Under the pieces are notes generated by a model, which was not told the DNA's origin, made no database searches, and saw only the letters and a list, made by a program, of their open reading frames with translations. From NCBI GenBank assembly GCA_050287085.1, contig JBNKBE010000026.1, positions 1 to 64,000 of the forward strand: a DNA stretch of 64,000 bases, read 5' to 3'. A program made the translations under genes and the position numbers. Numbering within the stretch: the first letter of the stretch is position 1; each line of letters starts with the position of its first letter. Below are positions 18,971-28,809 of this stretch, piece after piece. Origin of the DNA: Polyangiaceae bacterium. Its GTDB lineage: Bacteria > Myxococcota_A > Polyangia > Polyangiales > Polyangiaceae.

Positions 18971-20278
18971 TCATCGTTCCGAGGTCGGCTCGCAGGAGCC
19001 CAACTGGCCGTTTCGTAGGGAGATAACTTGGTCGCAGAATCGACCGCGGACTTGCACCGCGTGCTCCTCCGGGCGCATCCGAAGGCTCACGTCGGAATCG
19101 AGGCCCTCGATTGTAAACGTTCGGTTCAGATCTGCGTCATGAAGGGTCACGGTCAGGATGTTGGCCAGTTTCGCGCAGGCCGAGATGTCGAGCTTCGCTT
19201 GCGGTGGGAAGGGCATCGTGTCCATTTCGGAAAGAACTAGGAGCGCTCCGACGCGAGAGGCCTCGCTGTGGGCGGCTTCGTCGCACGCGGTCCCTTGGGT
19301 GCCGATCTGGGTGCGCGAGGCGTAGCCCACTTTCCCGCCTTTGAGCGGCCACAGCTGGTGAAAGGTTTGTCCGCGGGGTCCGTAGTCCGTGAACAGACTC
19401 CACGCGCTGCCAATCTCGCAAGGGGTGCCGCTCCGCTCGCCGTTGGAAGCACGAGGTGAGGATTCGACCTTCTGGCAGAGCTGCGCGCGTGCCTCCTCTT
19501 CGGTTCCCGGCGGCAGGCCCCACTCCTGCTGTTGGTCTTGTACCACGGCGCGATATACAGAACGCCAGTCGAGGAATGAAATCGGTGGATCCGGCTGCAC
19601 GGTGATCACGACAGGACACGCGTTGTGCGCTCGGGAGTTGTTAGCCGCGGCCGAATCTGACGCGGGCTCGGCTCTGAGTCTTTGCGCACGGTGTTTCGCG
19701 CGTTCGGCGAGCAGGGGTTGTCTCGTCATCTCGTAACCTCGCGCGAGATTGTGAACAATCTGGGCGCGCACGCGATCGGACGCGGCCAACGTTTCGGCGC
19801 TGCGTAAGAGGTGGGCCGCGTCGTCGCCCAGCTGCTGCAGGGCGTAGCCGAGCTCACCCCGCGCGGTGGCATCCTCAGGGTGGGTCGCCACAGCCTCTTC
19901 GAACGCAGAAGCCGCTGCTTTCCAGTCCCCCTTGGCCGCCTTTCTCCGCCCCTTCACCAATGCTGATTGGCTGCGCTGGGGGTCGCGAGTCACGCCGAAC
20001 GCTAGCGGCACCTTTTCGAAGGAGAGCTCGTTGGGTGTCGGTTGGTCTTTCGACGCGGCCAGGAGGGAAGGCTCTTCTTGCGGAGCCGCTGGCTTGGCCG
20101 CGTGGTAGCTTGCCGATTGTTGCGATGACGTTGGCTGGGACGAGCCGTTGGGCACAGGCGTTTCGCGAGCGTCGCAGCCAGTGAGAGCGACGAAAGTCGC
20201 CATGATGAGCCGAGCTCGAATACGGCTCGTGGAAAACGTACGCGTCGTCGCGCCAGGGCATCTCATCCAGTGCCGCAT
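18971..20278 (-). CDS. TPR-containing lipoprotein (start uncertain)
   Basis: Lipobox LTGC; TPR-like GDWKAAASAFEEAVATHPEDATARGELGYAL. Confidence 0.7.
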   Translation of the reverse strand: MRHWMRCPGATTRTFSTSRIRARLIMATFVALTGCDARETPVPNGSSQPTSSQQSASYHAAKPAAPQEEPSLLAASKDQPTPNELSFEKVPLAFGVTRDPQRSQSALVKGRRKAAKGDWKAAASAFEEAVATHPEDATARGELGYALQQLGDDAAHLLRSAETLAASDRVRAQIVHNLARGYEMTRQPLLAERAKHRAQRLRAEPASDSAAANNSRAHNACPVVITVQPDPPISFLDWRSVYRAVVQDQQQEWGLPPGTEEEARAQLCQKVESSPRASNGERSGTPCEIGSAWSLFTDYGPRGQTFHQLWPLKGGKVGYASRTQIGTQGTACDEAAHSEASRVGALLVLSEMDTMPFPPQAKLDISACAKLANILTVTLHDADLNRTFTIEGLDSDVSLRMRPEEHAVQVRGRFCDQVISLRNGQLGSCEPTSER

Positions 20279-20386
20279 AGCCGAGGAGGGGGAGGGGGCG
20301 AAAGTGGTGCCGGCACGGTCGCGCTCGGTCGGCCAAGCGGAGCTCGTCCTGGGCGGCGGGGGCGAGGGGGGCGCGACGGAGGCGCT

Positions 20387-23300
20387 CTACGGACAACCTG
20401 GCAGACTCGGGGTGATCCCATCGGGGTTCAGACCGGTGACCGCGAGGCCATCATCGATAGCGTCTAGTACTTCGCCCGCAAGCTCACCGGCAGGTATGTT
20501 CCCGAGGATCGCGCCCGCTGCGGCACCGCAAGGGGGGTCGAGGAAGGGCTCGCTCCAATCCCCCGGATCGCCGCCCAACAGCGTGATCGTGGCTCGCGCG
20601 ACGAGCTCGGCTTCGATCTCGGCGATGTGCGCCCACACGCCGATGAAGCCGCCCGCGCGCTGAACTTGATGTAAGACGACTTTGGTGCGCGCAAGCTCCG
20701 CTTCCACTTCTCCAATCGAGCCACCGGAGCCGTCCGATAAGATGCCGACGACACTACCCGTCGCGTCGTCGATGGCCCAAAAGGCGAAGGGCTCGCCGCT
20801 CTCACTGACGACGAGGGTGTACTCCGAACGAAAGGGTTCTGCCAGCAGTCCCCAGCGAGAGCGCTGAGTATCGTCCAGATCGGGCAGTTCACTTGTGACC
20901 GCACCGCTGCCGACCGCGACGAGGGACGCGTCTTCGAGCAGCGACAGGGTGCTTGTGGCGCGTCGTGCAGCTTCAGCGATGCCGAAGTACGCCGTACGCT
21001 CGAGGGTGAGACGCCACGCCTCCTCCGCGTCGGGGCTTGCGGTGCGATAGCGAGTGAGCGGGAATACATCAATGGCTTCGATGAAACCGTGGTCCCAGTG
21101 CGGACGTCGCGTGAACGCCGTGATCCGCGGACCGGTCTCGAAGGTGAGCGGCGTTTCGACGGCTTCCTCCGTGAGCGGTGTGTTCATCAGCAACAAGTCC
21201 GGCGGCGTTAGGAACGCGCCCTTGGCAGCGATGGATGCGGTCAGCAGCTCGTCCCCGTCGAGCGCGGCATCGTAGACTGCCTCGTAGCGCAGCTTCTCGT
21301 GCAGATAGTCGGCAATGCGCGTGGACAGACCGGGGGCCGCCCCCTCCACCGAGAAGACGACTCGACCAAACAGCATCTCGTCTACCTCGGCGAGCATTTC
21401 CGGAGTGGGTTCGACGTAGGCAGTTGTGTAGCCGCGATTTAGGCCGGCGAGGGTCCGCGTGGCAACGCGACCGTCGAGTTCGACGGTCAGGTAGAGACCG
21501 CTGAGCTGCGGAACGGCCGCAGGCGCCTCCACGACTTCGTAGCTGCCGGTGGTCGACACGCGTCCGCCGTCCAGCGATATCTCGACTTCACGGAGCTGTT
21601 CACCCTCCAGCGGGGCCGTGTAGCTCAGAATGTAGTCTTGAGCCGAGCGGATGCGGATGTACTCGAAGGCGCTGTCGATGGCTTCTGTCTGGTCCTCGAG
21701 GGTCACGGCATCGCCCCCGGAGAGTTGTGCGAAGGCGTCTAGAGTATCTTCTATGACGGGACCGACGCCGATGGCGTAAACCGGAGCCCCGCCTGCGATG
21801 CCGGCTCGGTACTTCGCTTCTTCCTCGTCCGTCGAGTCTCCATCGGTGACCAGCACAATGACCGTCGGACCCTCGGCGTTGGCGTCACTTAGGGCCTGCC
21901 ACAGTTCGGAGCCATAGGCCTGAGTCTCCACCCAACCGACCTGGACGCTGGCGTCGGCGTGATCCAGGGCCCACTGTTCTTCGGCGAACTCGACGCCGAA
22001 GTTGACGACCCCCACACGGACCTGAGCGTTTGGAAACTCCTCATACAGGCGGTCCACAATTTCATTGCCCAGGGTGACCGCGCCCGCGCCGCGGAAGTCT
22101 TCCGGCAAACTCGTTGACGTATCGAATAGGAGCATCACCCGCGGGGGAGGGGCGGAGTTTTGCCGGACCGAGAACGCCATCGCCTCTCCGTCCTCGGACA
22201 AGCTGAACGCATCGGCTCCCAACCCGGTGACTCGCTGAGCATCCTCATCCCGGACGGAGACGCGAACGCTGACGCGCGGAAACCCGCTGGCGCTGATCGC
22301 CGACGTCGCACTGTCGATGCGCTCCAGGTCCTCGGCGGACGTGCTGCCGCCCCCGAGCGGGCTCTCGCCGTTGACCAATACCGCCCCGTCGGACACCTCG
22401 AAGCGGTCGCCGCCCCGAGAGAACGCCGTGCCGACGAAGTGCATCGCTTCCCGCTCCTTGTCGGTCAAGTCCGGGGCGTGTACCGCCAACGTGGGGACGA
22501 ACACTTCGACGTCCCCCGGGTGCATGGTGAGTTGTTGCGCGAAGGGCGCAGCTGGTGAGAAGGCGAGTTGGACGCGGCGCCCTGCCACTTCATCGGCGAA
22601 GAACTCGTGCTCGATGATCGGAAAGCGCTCGAAGGGCGCGTCCGAGCGAGCACCCTCCACGGCAATTCGGATGCGTTGGGTTGGCCCGGCTTCGGCCGCA
22701 TCCCTGGGCTTGGAAGCCAGCAGACTCTCACCGAACTCCGCGCTGGCCACCAACGGGTTGGCGTAGGTGGTCTCCCCATCCACCACCACTTCCACGATCG
22801 GGATCTGCTCCAGCGCAGCATCGAACGCGACGCTGCGCTCCGGCGACGCTAGCTCAGCTAGCGTTTCAGCCAGTGCCCGCGTCTGCGACCGGTCTTCGTC
22901 GACGATGCCGGCCTCGGTATGACCTCGCAAGCCGAGTACCTCATCATACCTCTCGAGTTGACGCTCATCGAGGCCGAGCTCGAAGGGTTGTGGCTGGGCG
23001 CGCACGAGGATGTCCTCAGCGCTGAGCCCTTCTGCCGCGGGTCCCCGCACGACTTTGGCTTCGAAGCCCGCAGCGGCGTAGAGCTCGGCGAGCAGCTCGG
23101 CTTTTTCTCGGGGCGTTCCAGCGCCGCCGCGAAGCGTGGCGCGCGTGCCCCAACGCATTCGCGATTCGCTGTCGAACATGTCGTTCGTGCTGGGGGGATA
23201 GGTGGTGATGTTGTCCCGTACGAATTCGAAAATCTTCTCCGGATCGCCCTCTTCCACCAGCCGTGCCGCCTGGGCAGGGAGGTTATCCGGGCTCTGCTCC

Positions 23301-23539
23301 AGCGCTCGGGCTGCAGATTCCCAGATGCGCCAAGGTGTTAATCGGACGCCGGTTCCAGCGTCGGGCTCTCCAGCGTCGGGCTCTCCAGCGTCGGGCTCGG
23401 TGCTCGCGTCGGGCTTTGGCTGTTCGGTCTTTGCGTCCGCGTCCGAGCAGCCGTTACACGTCGTTTTGCCCTCGTCCTGACAACTGCACCCGAAGGTGAA
23501 GCTGCCCAGGAGAATCCCCACCACAACCGCCCTGCGCAT
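20387..23539 (-). CDS. Large lipoprotein with degenerate transglutaminase-like domain and vWA domain
   Basis: Lipobox TFGC; IFEFVRDNI...GTPREKAELLAELY...GFEAKVVRG; vWA motifs LLFDTSTS, VLVTDGD, YAIGVG and LSGG. Confidence 0.75.
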   Translation of the reverse strand: MRRAVVVGILLGSFTFGCSCQDEGKTTCNGCSDADAKTEQPKPDASTEPDAGEPDAGEPDAGTGVRLTPWRIWESAARALEQSPDNLPAQAARLVEEGDPEKIFEFVRDNITTYPPSTNDMFDSESRMRWGTRATLRGGAGTPREKAELLAELYAAAGFEAKVVRGPAAEGLSAEDILVRAQPQPFELGLDERQLERYDEVLGLRGHTEAGIVDEDRSQTRALAETLAELASPERSVAFDAALEQIPIVEVVVDGETTYANPLVASAEFGESLLASKPRDAAEAGPTQRIRIAVEGARSDAPFERFPIIEHEFFADEVAGRRVQLAFSPAAPFAQQLTMHPGDVEVFVPTLAVHAPDLTDKEREAMHFVGTAFSRGGDRFEVSDGAVLVNGESPLGGGSTSAEDLERIDSATSAISASGFPRVSVRVSVRDEDAQRVTGLGADAFSLSEDGEAMAFSVRQNSAPPPRVMLLFDTSTSLPEDFRGAGAVTLGNEIVDRLYEEFPNAQVRVGVVNFGVEFAEEQWALDHADASVQVGWVETQAYGSELWQALSDANAEGPTVIVLVTDGDSTDEEEAKYRAGIAGGAPVYAIGVGPVIEDTLDAFAQLSGGDAVTLEDQTEAIDSAFEYIRIRSAQDYILSYTAPLEGEQLREVEISLDGGRVSTTGSYEVVEAPAAVPQLSGLYLTVELDGRVATRTLAGLNRGYTTAYVEPTPEMLAEVDEMLFGRVVFSVEGAAPGLSTRIADYLHEKLRYEAVYDAALDGDELLTASIAAKGAFLTPPDLLLMNTPLTEEAVETPLTFETGPRITAFTRRPHWDHGFIEAIDVFPLTRYRTASPDAEEAWRLTLERTAYFGIAEAARRATSTLSLLEDASLVAVGSGAVTSELPDLDDTQRSRWGLLAEPFRSEYTLVVSESGEPFAFWAIDDATGSVVGILSDGSGGSIGEVEAELARTKVVLHQVQRAGGFIGVWAHIAEIEAELVARATITLLGGDPGDWSEPFLDPPCGAAAGAILGNIPAGELAGEVLDAIDDGLAVTGLNPDGITPSLPGCP

Positions 23540-23762
23540 GGCTCTGAGCTTGCCAGAACTCAATTCCCGCAGCAAGGCACAGCTACAACTCAAGCTCAAC
23601 ATGCGTAGTAGTCGTTGGCCCCAAGTGCACGATGTGCCGCGACAAGCTGAAGCGCCTTACCAATCCGACGAAGGGCAAGATGGCCTTGCGTGCTGAGGCT
23701 TGAGTCGCCTGCTACTCGATAGTCCGGTTGACGCGGTCGGTTTCCCGTGGTCTCATGGGGTC

Positions 23763-25409
23763 ATGTCGACGTGTTCGAAGCGGGGGGCTTCGCTTCTACT
23801 TTCACTGGCTGTCCTCATCGCCTGCGAGACGGGTGTTCCGGCGGTCGTCGGACGCAAGACCGAGGCGATCACGTGTGCAGAATCGGACGGACTGGTGTCC
23901 ACGGCCGAGTGCGATGACAACATGGACGGCTGCTGTGACTCCCTCGAGTTGCTCGAAGCGGTGCCTCTCTGTGGCGGCACCAACGATACGATAGGTGTGG
24001 AGGATGACCTGACGCTGTGCGGGTGGGACACCTATTACCGACCTTTCGAGATCAAGGATACGGGCGGCACGTCGACCGACCCGCTGGTGCTCGACTGCCA
24101 AGGGGCCCAGGTCGTCGGAGGCTCGAGCCGCCTCGCGAGCACCAATGGCATCTGGGTCCACGCCGAGAGCCAAACGGCGTCGGTCGACAACGTCGAGATT
24201 CAGAACTGTGTGGTCACCCAATGGCGAACGGGCATCCGGGTCGCCCAGCGTCGCCCTGCCTACTCGGGCGGCGCGTCACCGGAACACGTCGTTGCTACTG
24301 ACGAACGGACGGTCACCCTGTTCGATCATCGCGACCTCCCGCTGCCTCGTGTTCCCGCTGCCGTGAATCTCACGAACAACACCCTCCACCGCAACGCCAC
24401 GGGGCTCGACTACATGGGGCGCGCGTCCCACATCTCAGGGCTTCGCGTCTACCGGAATCGGGCCCATGGTGTGCACATCGAGGCGCACACCCGGGATGTC
24501 GTGTTCGAGCCCAACGGGTCGTTCACCCTTCACATTTACGAGAACGGGCACCCCGACGTCCCATCCTGCCCGTTGAATCCCAGCCAGGAGGACTTCTGCG
24601 ACGACCTCGATGCCGTCTACCGTCAGTACTTCTCTGGCGTCGCGATCGACTCGGGTCACAACATCACCTTCCGAGACGGCATCGTCCGTGACAACGGTCG
24701 TCACGGGTTCGAGATCTATCGCAATTGCGGCGAGAACGTGCTCGACGGGAAGATGTTCCACCGCCGATCGCTCATCGATCGAAACATCGACATCACGAAT
24801 ATGGCGATCCACGGTCACCTGAACGACTGGACGATGAGTGGGTTTACGCCGAGCTGGCAGAACGTCGTCTCCGCTGGCGTAGCAATTGCTTCACGACAAG
24901 GCTTGTCGCTGGATACGCAGAACGGATGCTCCGATATCGCGAGCTATGTGTATCGAGACCGGGGCGAGCCGTGGAAGGCGATCAACAAGGACAACATCTT
25001 GCAGTTCCGCCACTGGGACTACGCGCAGGGGGTAACGGTCTCTGGAGGCACCATCAACGACAATGTGATCGGCGTGCACGTAGCCGACTCCAACGCTCGG
25101 CTCCTGAACGGCGGTGCCGGCCCCATCGATCTCCACGACAACGCCATCGACGTTTTCGTGGGGAACTTCGAGCGCGAGTTTTCCGGCAATCTGATCCTCG
25201 ACGGCGGCGACAACCCGGTGACCCCTCCTCCGGTCAAGGGCGTAGAGCTATCCGGCGTGGCGTCGGCCGCGAACGTGACGTGCACCTATGGTACTGCCAA
25301 CCATCCGGATGGAGTGCGGCTGCGCTCGTGCGACCACACCGCTCACTGCTACGAGGCGGCCGTTGGCTACTTCTCCTGGTGGCCCTACCTGGAGTGTAGG
25401 TTCCGCTAG
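23763..25409 (+). CDS. Right-handed parallel beta-helix lipoprotein (pectin-lyase-like fold)
   Basis: Lipobox LIAC; repeats such as LDCQG, NVEIQNCVV, NNTLHRN and NITFRDGIVRDNGRHG. Confidence 0.75.
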   Translation: MSTCSKRGASLLLSLAVLIACETGVPAVVGRKTEAITCAESDGLVSTAECDDNMDGCCDSLELLEAVPLCGGTNDTIGVEDDLTLCGWDTYYRPFEIKDTGGTSTDPLVLDCQGAQVVGGSSRLASTNGIWVHAESQTASVDNVEIQNCVVTQWRTGIRVAQRRPAYSGGASPEHVVATDERTVTLFDHRDLPLPRVPAAVNLTNNTLHRNATGLDYMGRASHISGLRVYRNRAHGVHIEAHTRDVVFEPNGSFTLHIYENGHPDVPSCPLNPSQEDFCDDLDAVYRQYFSGVAIDSGHNITFRDGIVRDNGRHGFEIYRNCGENVLDGKMFHRRSLIDRNIDITNMAIHGHLNDWTMSGFTPSWQNVVSAGVAIASRQGLSLDTQNGCSDIASYVYRDRGEPWKAINKDNILQFRHWDYAQGVTVSGGTINDNVIGVHVADSNARLLNGGAGPIDLHDNAIDVFVGNFEREFSGNLILDGGDNPVTPPPVKGVELSGVASAANVTCTYGTANHPDGVRLRSCDHTAHCYEAAVGYFSWWPYLECRFR

Positions 25410-25501
25410 GAGGTACCGGAGAGCCGCGGCTGGGCCGCTTCGAGCTCCTAGCTCAACGTCGGGGCTCGGACGCAGCGTCGCTACTCAAGCGGCAATCCGC
25501 G

Positions 25502-26002
25502 TTACCGCTCCGGGTGGCAGAGCTCAGCGTAGGCGTCGGGAAAACGCCGGTTGAGAGGGCCTTCCGGGTGCCGCAGAGCTTGCACTGCTTTCTGAATGAC
25601 CTCTGCGTGATCGAACGCCAAGGGTGGCAAGGTTGATAGCAAATGCCACCGGACCGCGGTGGCGTCATCAGCCGCCACCGGCTGCGCCGCGGCCTGCTCC
25701 ACGACGCCATAGCAGGCCACGCTCACGGTACGCCCGCGTGGGTCACGCCCCTTGCGGGAAAACGTGTGCAACTGCTCGAGCGAGACGCCTCTCAGCCCCG
25801 TCTCCTCTTGTAGCTCGCGTACTGCAGCGTGCTCCACACTTTCATCCTCCATGTCAAAAAAGCCTCCAGGAAGCGCCCAACATCCCGCAAAGGGCTCACG
25901 GAGCCGCTGGATCAGCAACACGGACAGCTCCACCCCCGCTACGCCAATGACGACAGCGTCCGCCGTCAGCGCCGCGCGCGGATACTCGTACACGTAGCTC
26001 AT
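25502..26002 (-). CDS. Nudix hydrolase, probable ADP-ribose pyrophosphatase
   Basis: WALPGGF...E...AAVRELQEETGL Nudix box, RDPR and LAFDH; last gene of the nadV operon. Confidence 0.9.
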   Translation of the reverse strand: MSYVYEYPRAALTADAVVIGVAGVELSVLLIQRLREPFAGCWALPGGFFDMEDESVEHAAVRELQEETGLRGVSLEQLHTFSRKGRDPRGRTVSVACYGVVEQAAAQPVAADDATAVRWHLLSTLPPLAFDHAEVIQKAVQALRHPEGPLNRRFPDAYAELCHPER

Positions 26003-27120
26003 GCCTGCTTCGCCGCTCTGAGCTCAGCAGAGCTCACGTCCAGGCGCCCTTCCAGCGGTTGGAATAGGGCCTGGTAGGGCCAGGGCACGGCGACATCCCG
26101 GCATCCCAACACCTCACCCTCCACGTTTCTTTCCATCACCCAGAAGTGAACATCCAGATTTCTCATTTCAGTCAGCATGTCGGTCACGTCGAGGCCCCAG
26201 GCGGGGTCCAACATGCGCCGCATTGTGTCTGCACCGATCAAGAAGACCGAGCCAGGGCGCTTGCGCGCCTTGTCGAGGAAAAGCGGTTCGTCGCGCGTGA
26301 ACTCGACCACGCGCGACTCATCGCGCCAGCGCTCCGCGCGCAGCATTCCAGCCTTCACCAGCATTTCTTGGACGCTCATTCGCCCCTTGTGCGGCGAGCT
26401 GGATGATACCAGGTAGCGGGCGAATCGAATGGGGCCTGGTGCCCAGTGCATGCGCGCTTCAGCGGCACGGCACATCAAGCGGTGACCATCGTGAATGGGG
26501 TTGAGCGTTGCGGGCAGGTAGACCCCGGCGTTCTGCGGCTGGGCAGGGTACCTTCGCCCATTCGTGTCAAAAACCGGGTAGCGATAGAATCGTTCCAGTG
26601 CCAATTCCTCGCATGCGGCGGAGCTAGCAGTCTTGGCCAGGACCACGGCCTGCAGCTCCTTCAACACCCGATCCCTCAAGAACACGTCGTGAGCCACACG
26701 CGCTGCCGCACCGACGCCACGCTCCAGCTCCACGTTGAAGCAGTGAATGCAGCTTTTGGTGATCAGCGCTACGTGCGCCCGGTGCTCACCCCTAGGAAGC
26801 CGCTCCGACGCCACAGAAGCTGTCACTCCGACGCCGATGGGGTTGGGGCTGACGCCCTCCATGACGGCGTGCTCCCCTGCGCGCAGATAGGACGCCATGG
26901 CCAGGTCCAGCGCGACCTCGGGCGCACAGTAGGAAGCCTCTGGAGGATGCCCCAAGAACCCTTGAAGCTGTGATCTAGCATAGGGCGTGAAGAACCCGAC
27001 CAGGTATTGCGATGCCCCGGGGACATCCCACAGCTGAGTCTGCATGCGCAGACCCGCTCCCGTTGTGGAAACGTGAAGTTGGACCTGCTGTTGCACCAGG
27101 GCTTTGTGAAGGTCACTCAC
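25999..27120 (-). CDS. Fusion of a CinA/PncC-like domain and a NadD-like (HxGH) nucleotidyltransferase; putative NMN adenylyltransferase
   Basis: N-terminal TGAG...VPGAS...IGVGVTA segment; C-terminal LNPIHDGH, LFLDKA, IGADT and DVSSAELR. GTG start lies just after the nadV stop. Confidence 0.75.
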   Translation of the reverse strand: MSDLHKALVQQQVQLHVSTTGAGLRMQTQLWDVPGASQYLVGFFTPYARSQLQGFLGHPPEASYCAPEVALDLAMASYLRAGEHAVMEGVSPNPIGVGVTASVASERLPRGEHRAHVALITKSCIHCFNVELERGVGAAARVAHDVFLRDRVLKELQAVVLAKTASSAACEELALERFYRYPVFDTNGRRYPAQPQNAGVYLPATLNPIHDGHRLMCRAAEARMHWAPGPIRFARYLVSSSSPHKGRMSVQEMLVKAGMLRAERWRDESRVVEFTRDEPLFLDKARKRPGSVFLIGADTMRRMLDPAWGLDVTDMLTEMRNLDVHFWVMERNVEGEVLGCRDVAVPWPYQALFQPLEGRLDVSSAELRAAKQA

Positions 27121-27121
27121 G

Positions 27122-28555
27122 CTACACCTCCATCCGGCGCCGGCATTCGTCCAGCGTGGTGCTCGTGAGTATTTCACCGTTATCAAAAACGGTCCGCATG
27201 ACCGTGTCGGGGTGCGCGTCCAGTTCGGGTCGTAGCGCGACGGTTTCGAAGCCAGTCTTCGTTCGGACTAGATCCAAGCGGCCCGACTTGCTGCGCTTGC
27301 CCCGATCCGTAACGGGATCTTTGCGAACGTCCACAGGTGCGCCATCCACCTCCGCGAAGCAGCACTTGAAGGCCCATTTCTGGGTGTCGCGGTTGACCTT
27401 CTGCAGCAAGCCACCACCGGAACCAAACGCTATGTTGGAAGCCGACCATCCCAGGCCCACCAATTTGACGAGGATCTGTTCCATGGAACGCATGTCGATG
27501 CCATCCCCTTGAATCAAGCGTAGGTACGGAGGCAGCAACTTGTACCCCTTGGTGTTCTTTACGACCTCGTCGGCCAAGTTGCCCTCGAGGATCTGGAACA
27601 GACGCGGCAGAACCTCCAATGGGTCTCCCGAATCAGGACGAATGACCAACGTGCCCCCGCTCTCTTGGACCTTGCGCTTGAGCGTGCCAGTAGACCAGGC
27701 GTTGGTCGCGGCAAAGATGTCGTACGTGTCCGAAACACACGCGGCGAGTTTGGGCACTCCCGGGGGCGTCTGCCTGTTGGTCAAGTAGGTTTCGACGTAG
27801 CGCTCGAACATCTCGTACTCACGCTCACGACCCCACATAGATACGGTGGAGTGCTCCGTTGCCGGGATGGAGAAGCCGGCCATGGGACAAGCGTAGTAGT
27901 GATTCGCCATACGGATGCCCTCTAGCGTGTCGGACCCCATGAACGAAAGCAGGTGCGCCGCGCCCCCCAAGCGAGCTTGTTCCAATGTCGCCACCCCGCG
28001 ACCACCAAAGTCGTGCAGCTTGAACGCGATTTCCGCCGCTGGGTCGTCCGCGCTGAGCTCCAAGTAGCGCTTGAGAATCTTCTTCGACTCCCGGCTCGTA
28101 GTGGCGATGGTGGACGGGTACCACAACCGCACCAGCATCGTCTCCAGCCAAGAGGCGATCCAGAAGCACCGTGGATCGGCACATTCGATGGTCAAGAGGG
28201 CGTTGCCCGTCGGCACGACTGTGCCCTCCTCAATAGCGCGAACACGAACCGGAAGGCGCCCTCTGTACTGCTCTACTATGTAGCGCCAGCCCGCCTCGTT
28301 GAAGGGCTCCCCGTGCACCTCCGCAAACGCCATGGCCTCACCGAGCGCGGCGGCGGTCAGGGGGCGGGCGACGTACTTGTGCAGGAGGTACTGCAGCCCG
28401 AACAAGGTGCAGTCCGCGAATTCGCCGCCGCGCGCCTCGAGGTAGGACATCATGCGGCCGGTGCCCGTTGGGTACTGATTCCAGTGGCTCCACTTGTAGG
28501 AATCCCCGTCGGTGGCGAGATTGTAGGTCATGTCAGCGATGCGTTCTATTGCCAT
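27122..28555 (-). CDS. nadV: Nicotinamide phosphoribosyltransferase (NAMPT)
   Basis: DSYKWSH, LHDFGGRG, SIPATEHS, VSDTYD, IRPDSGDP, IQGDG, FGSGGGLLQ and RDTQKWAFK. Confidence 0.93.
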   Translation of the reverse strand: MAIERIADMTYNLATDGDSYKWSHWNQYPTGTGRMMSYLEARGGEFADCTLFGLQYLLHKYVARPLTAAALGEAMAFAEVHGEPFNEAGWRYIVEQYRGRLPVRVRAIEEGTVVPTGNALLTIECADPRCFWIASWLETMLVRLWYPSTIATTSRESKKILKRYLELSADDPAAEIAFKLHDFGGRGVATLEQARLGGAAHLLSFMGSDTLEGIRMANHYYACPMAGFSIPATEHSTVSMWGREREYEMFERYVETYLTNRQTPPGVPKLAACVSDTYDIFAATNAWSTGTLKRKVQESGGTLVIRPDSGDPLEVLPRLFQILEGNLADEVVKNTKGYKLLPPYLRLIQGDGIDMRSMEQILVKLVGLGWSASNIAFGSGGGLLQKVNRDTQKWAFKCCFAEVDGAPVDVRKDPVTDRGKRSKSGRLDLVRTKTGFETVALRPELDAHPDTVMRTVFDNGEILTSTTLDECRRRMEV

Positions 28556-28576
28556 AAGGTCTCCGTCGTTCGGAAC

Positions 28577-28620
28577 TTATTGTAAATACGACACGAACCT
28601 TAGTGTTTATCAAACAATAA
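28577..28620. promoter_or_regulatory. Two tandem NrtR boxes (21 bp, GT-N7-AC core)
   Basis: ttattGTaaatacgACacgaa at 28577-28597 and ttagtGTttatcaaACaataa at 28600-28620, between nadV and nrtR. Confidence 0.85.
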
Positions 28621-28809
28621 GTTCGGATTTTAACTCAGCGTTATTGATTTCAACTAGTTACGAGCTAATACGGGTCCCGCTTCGGCGTCATTGAACCAGA
28701 ACTTGCGCCAGTCGGCGCGCCTTCCGCTACGGTGGCAATTGGACCCGGAGGTCCGGCTTCCGACCTGCGGGTCTGTCTGGCAACACTTCTCCTGCTTCCT
28801 CCCGCTGCC

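Noticed and set aside
25502..28555. Prophage-borne NAD reconstitution pathway
   Set aside because: No phage genes nearby; NrtR and its operators point to a host-regulated salvage operon.
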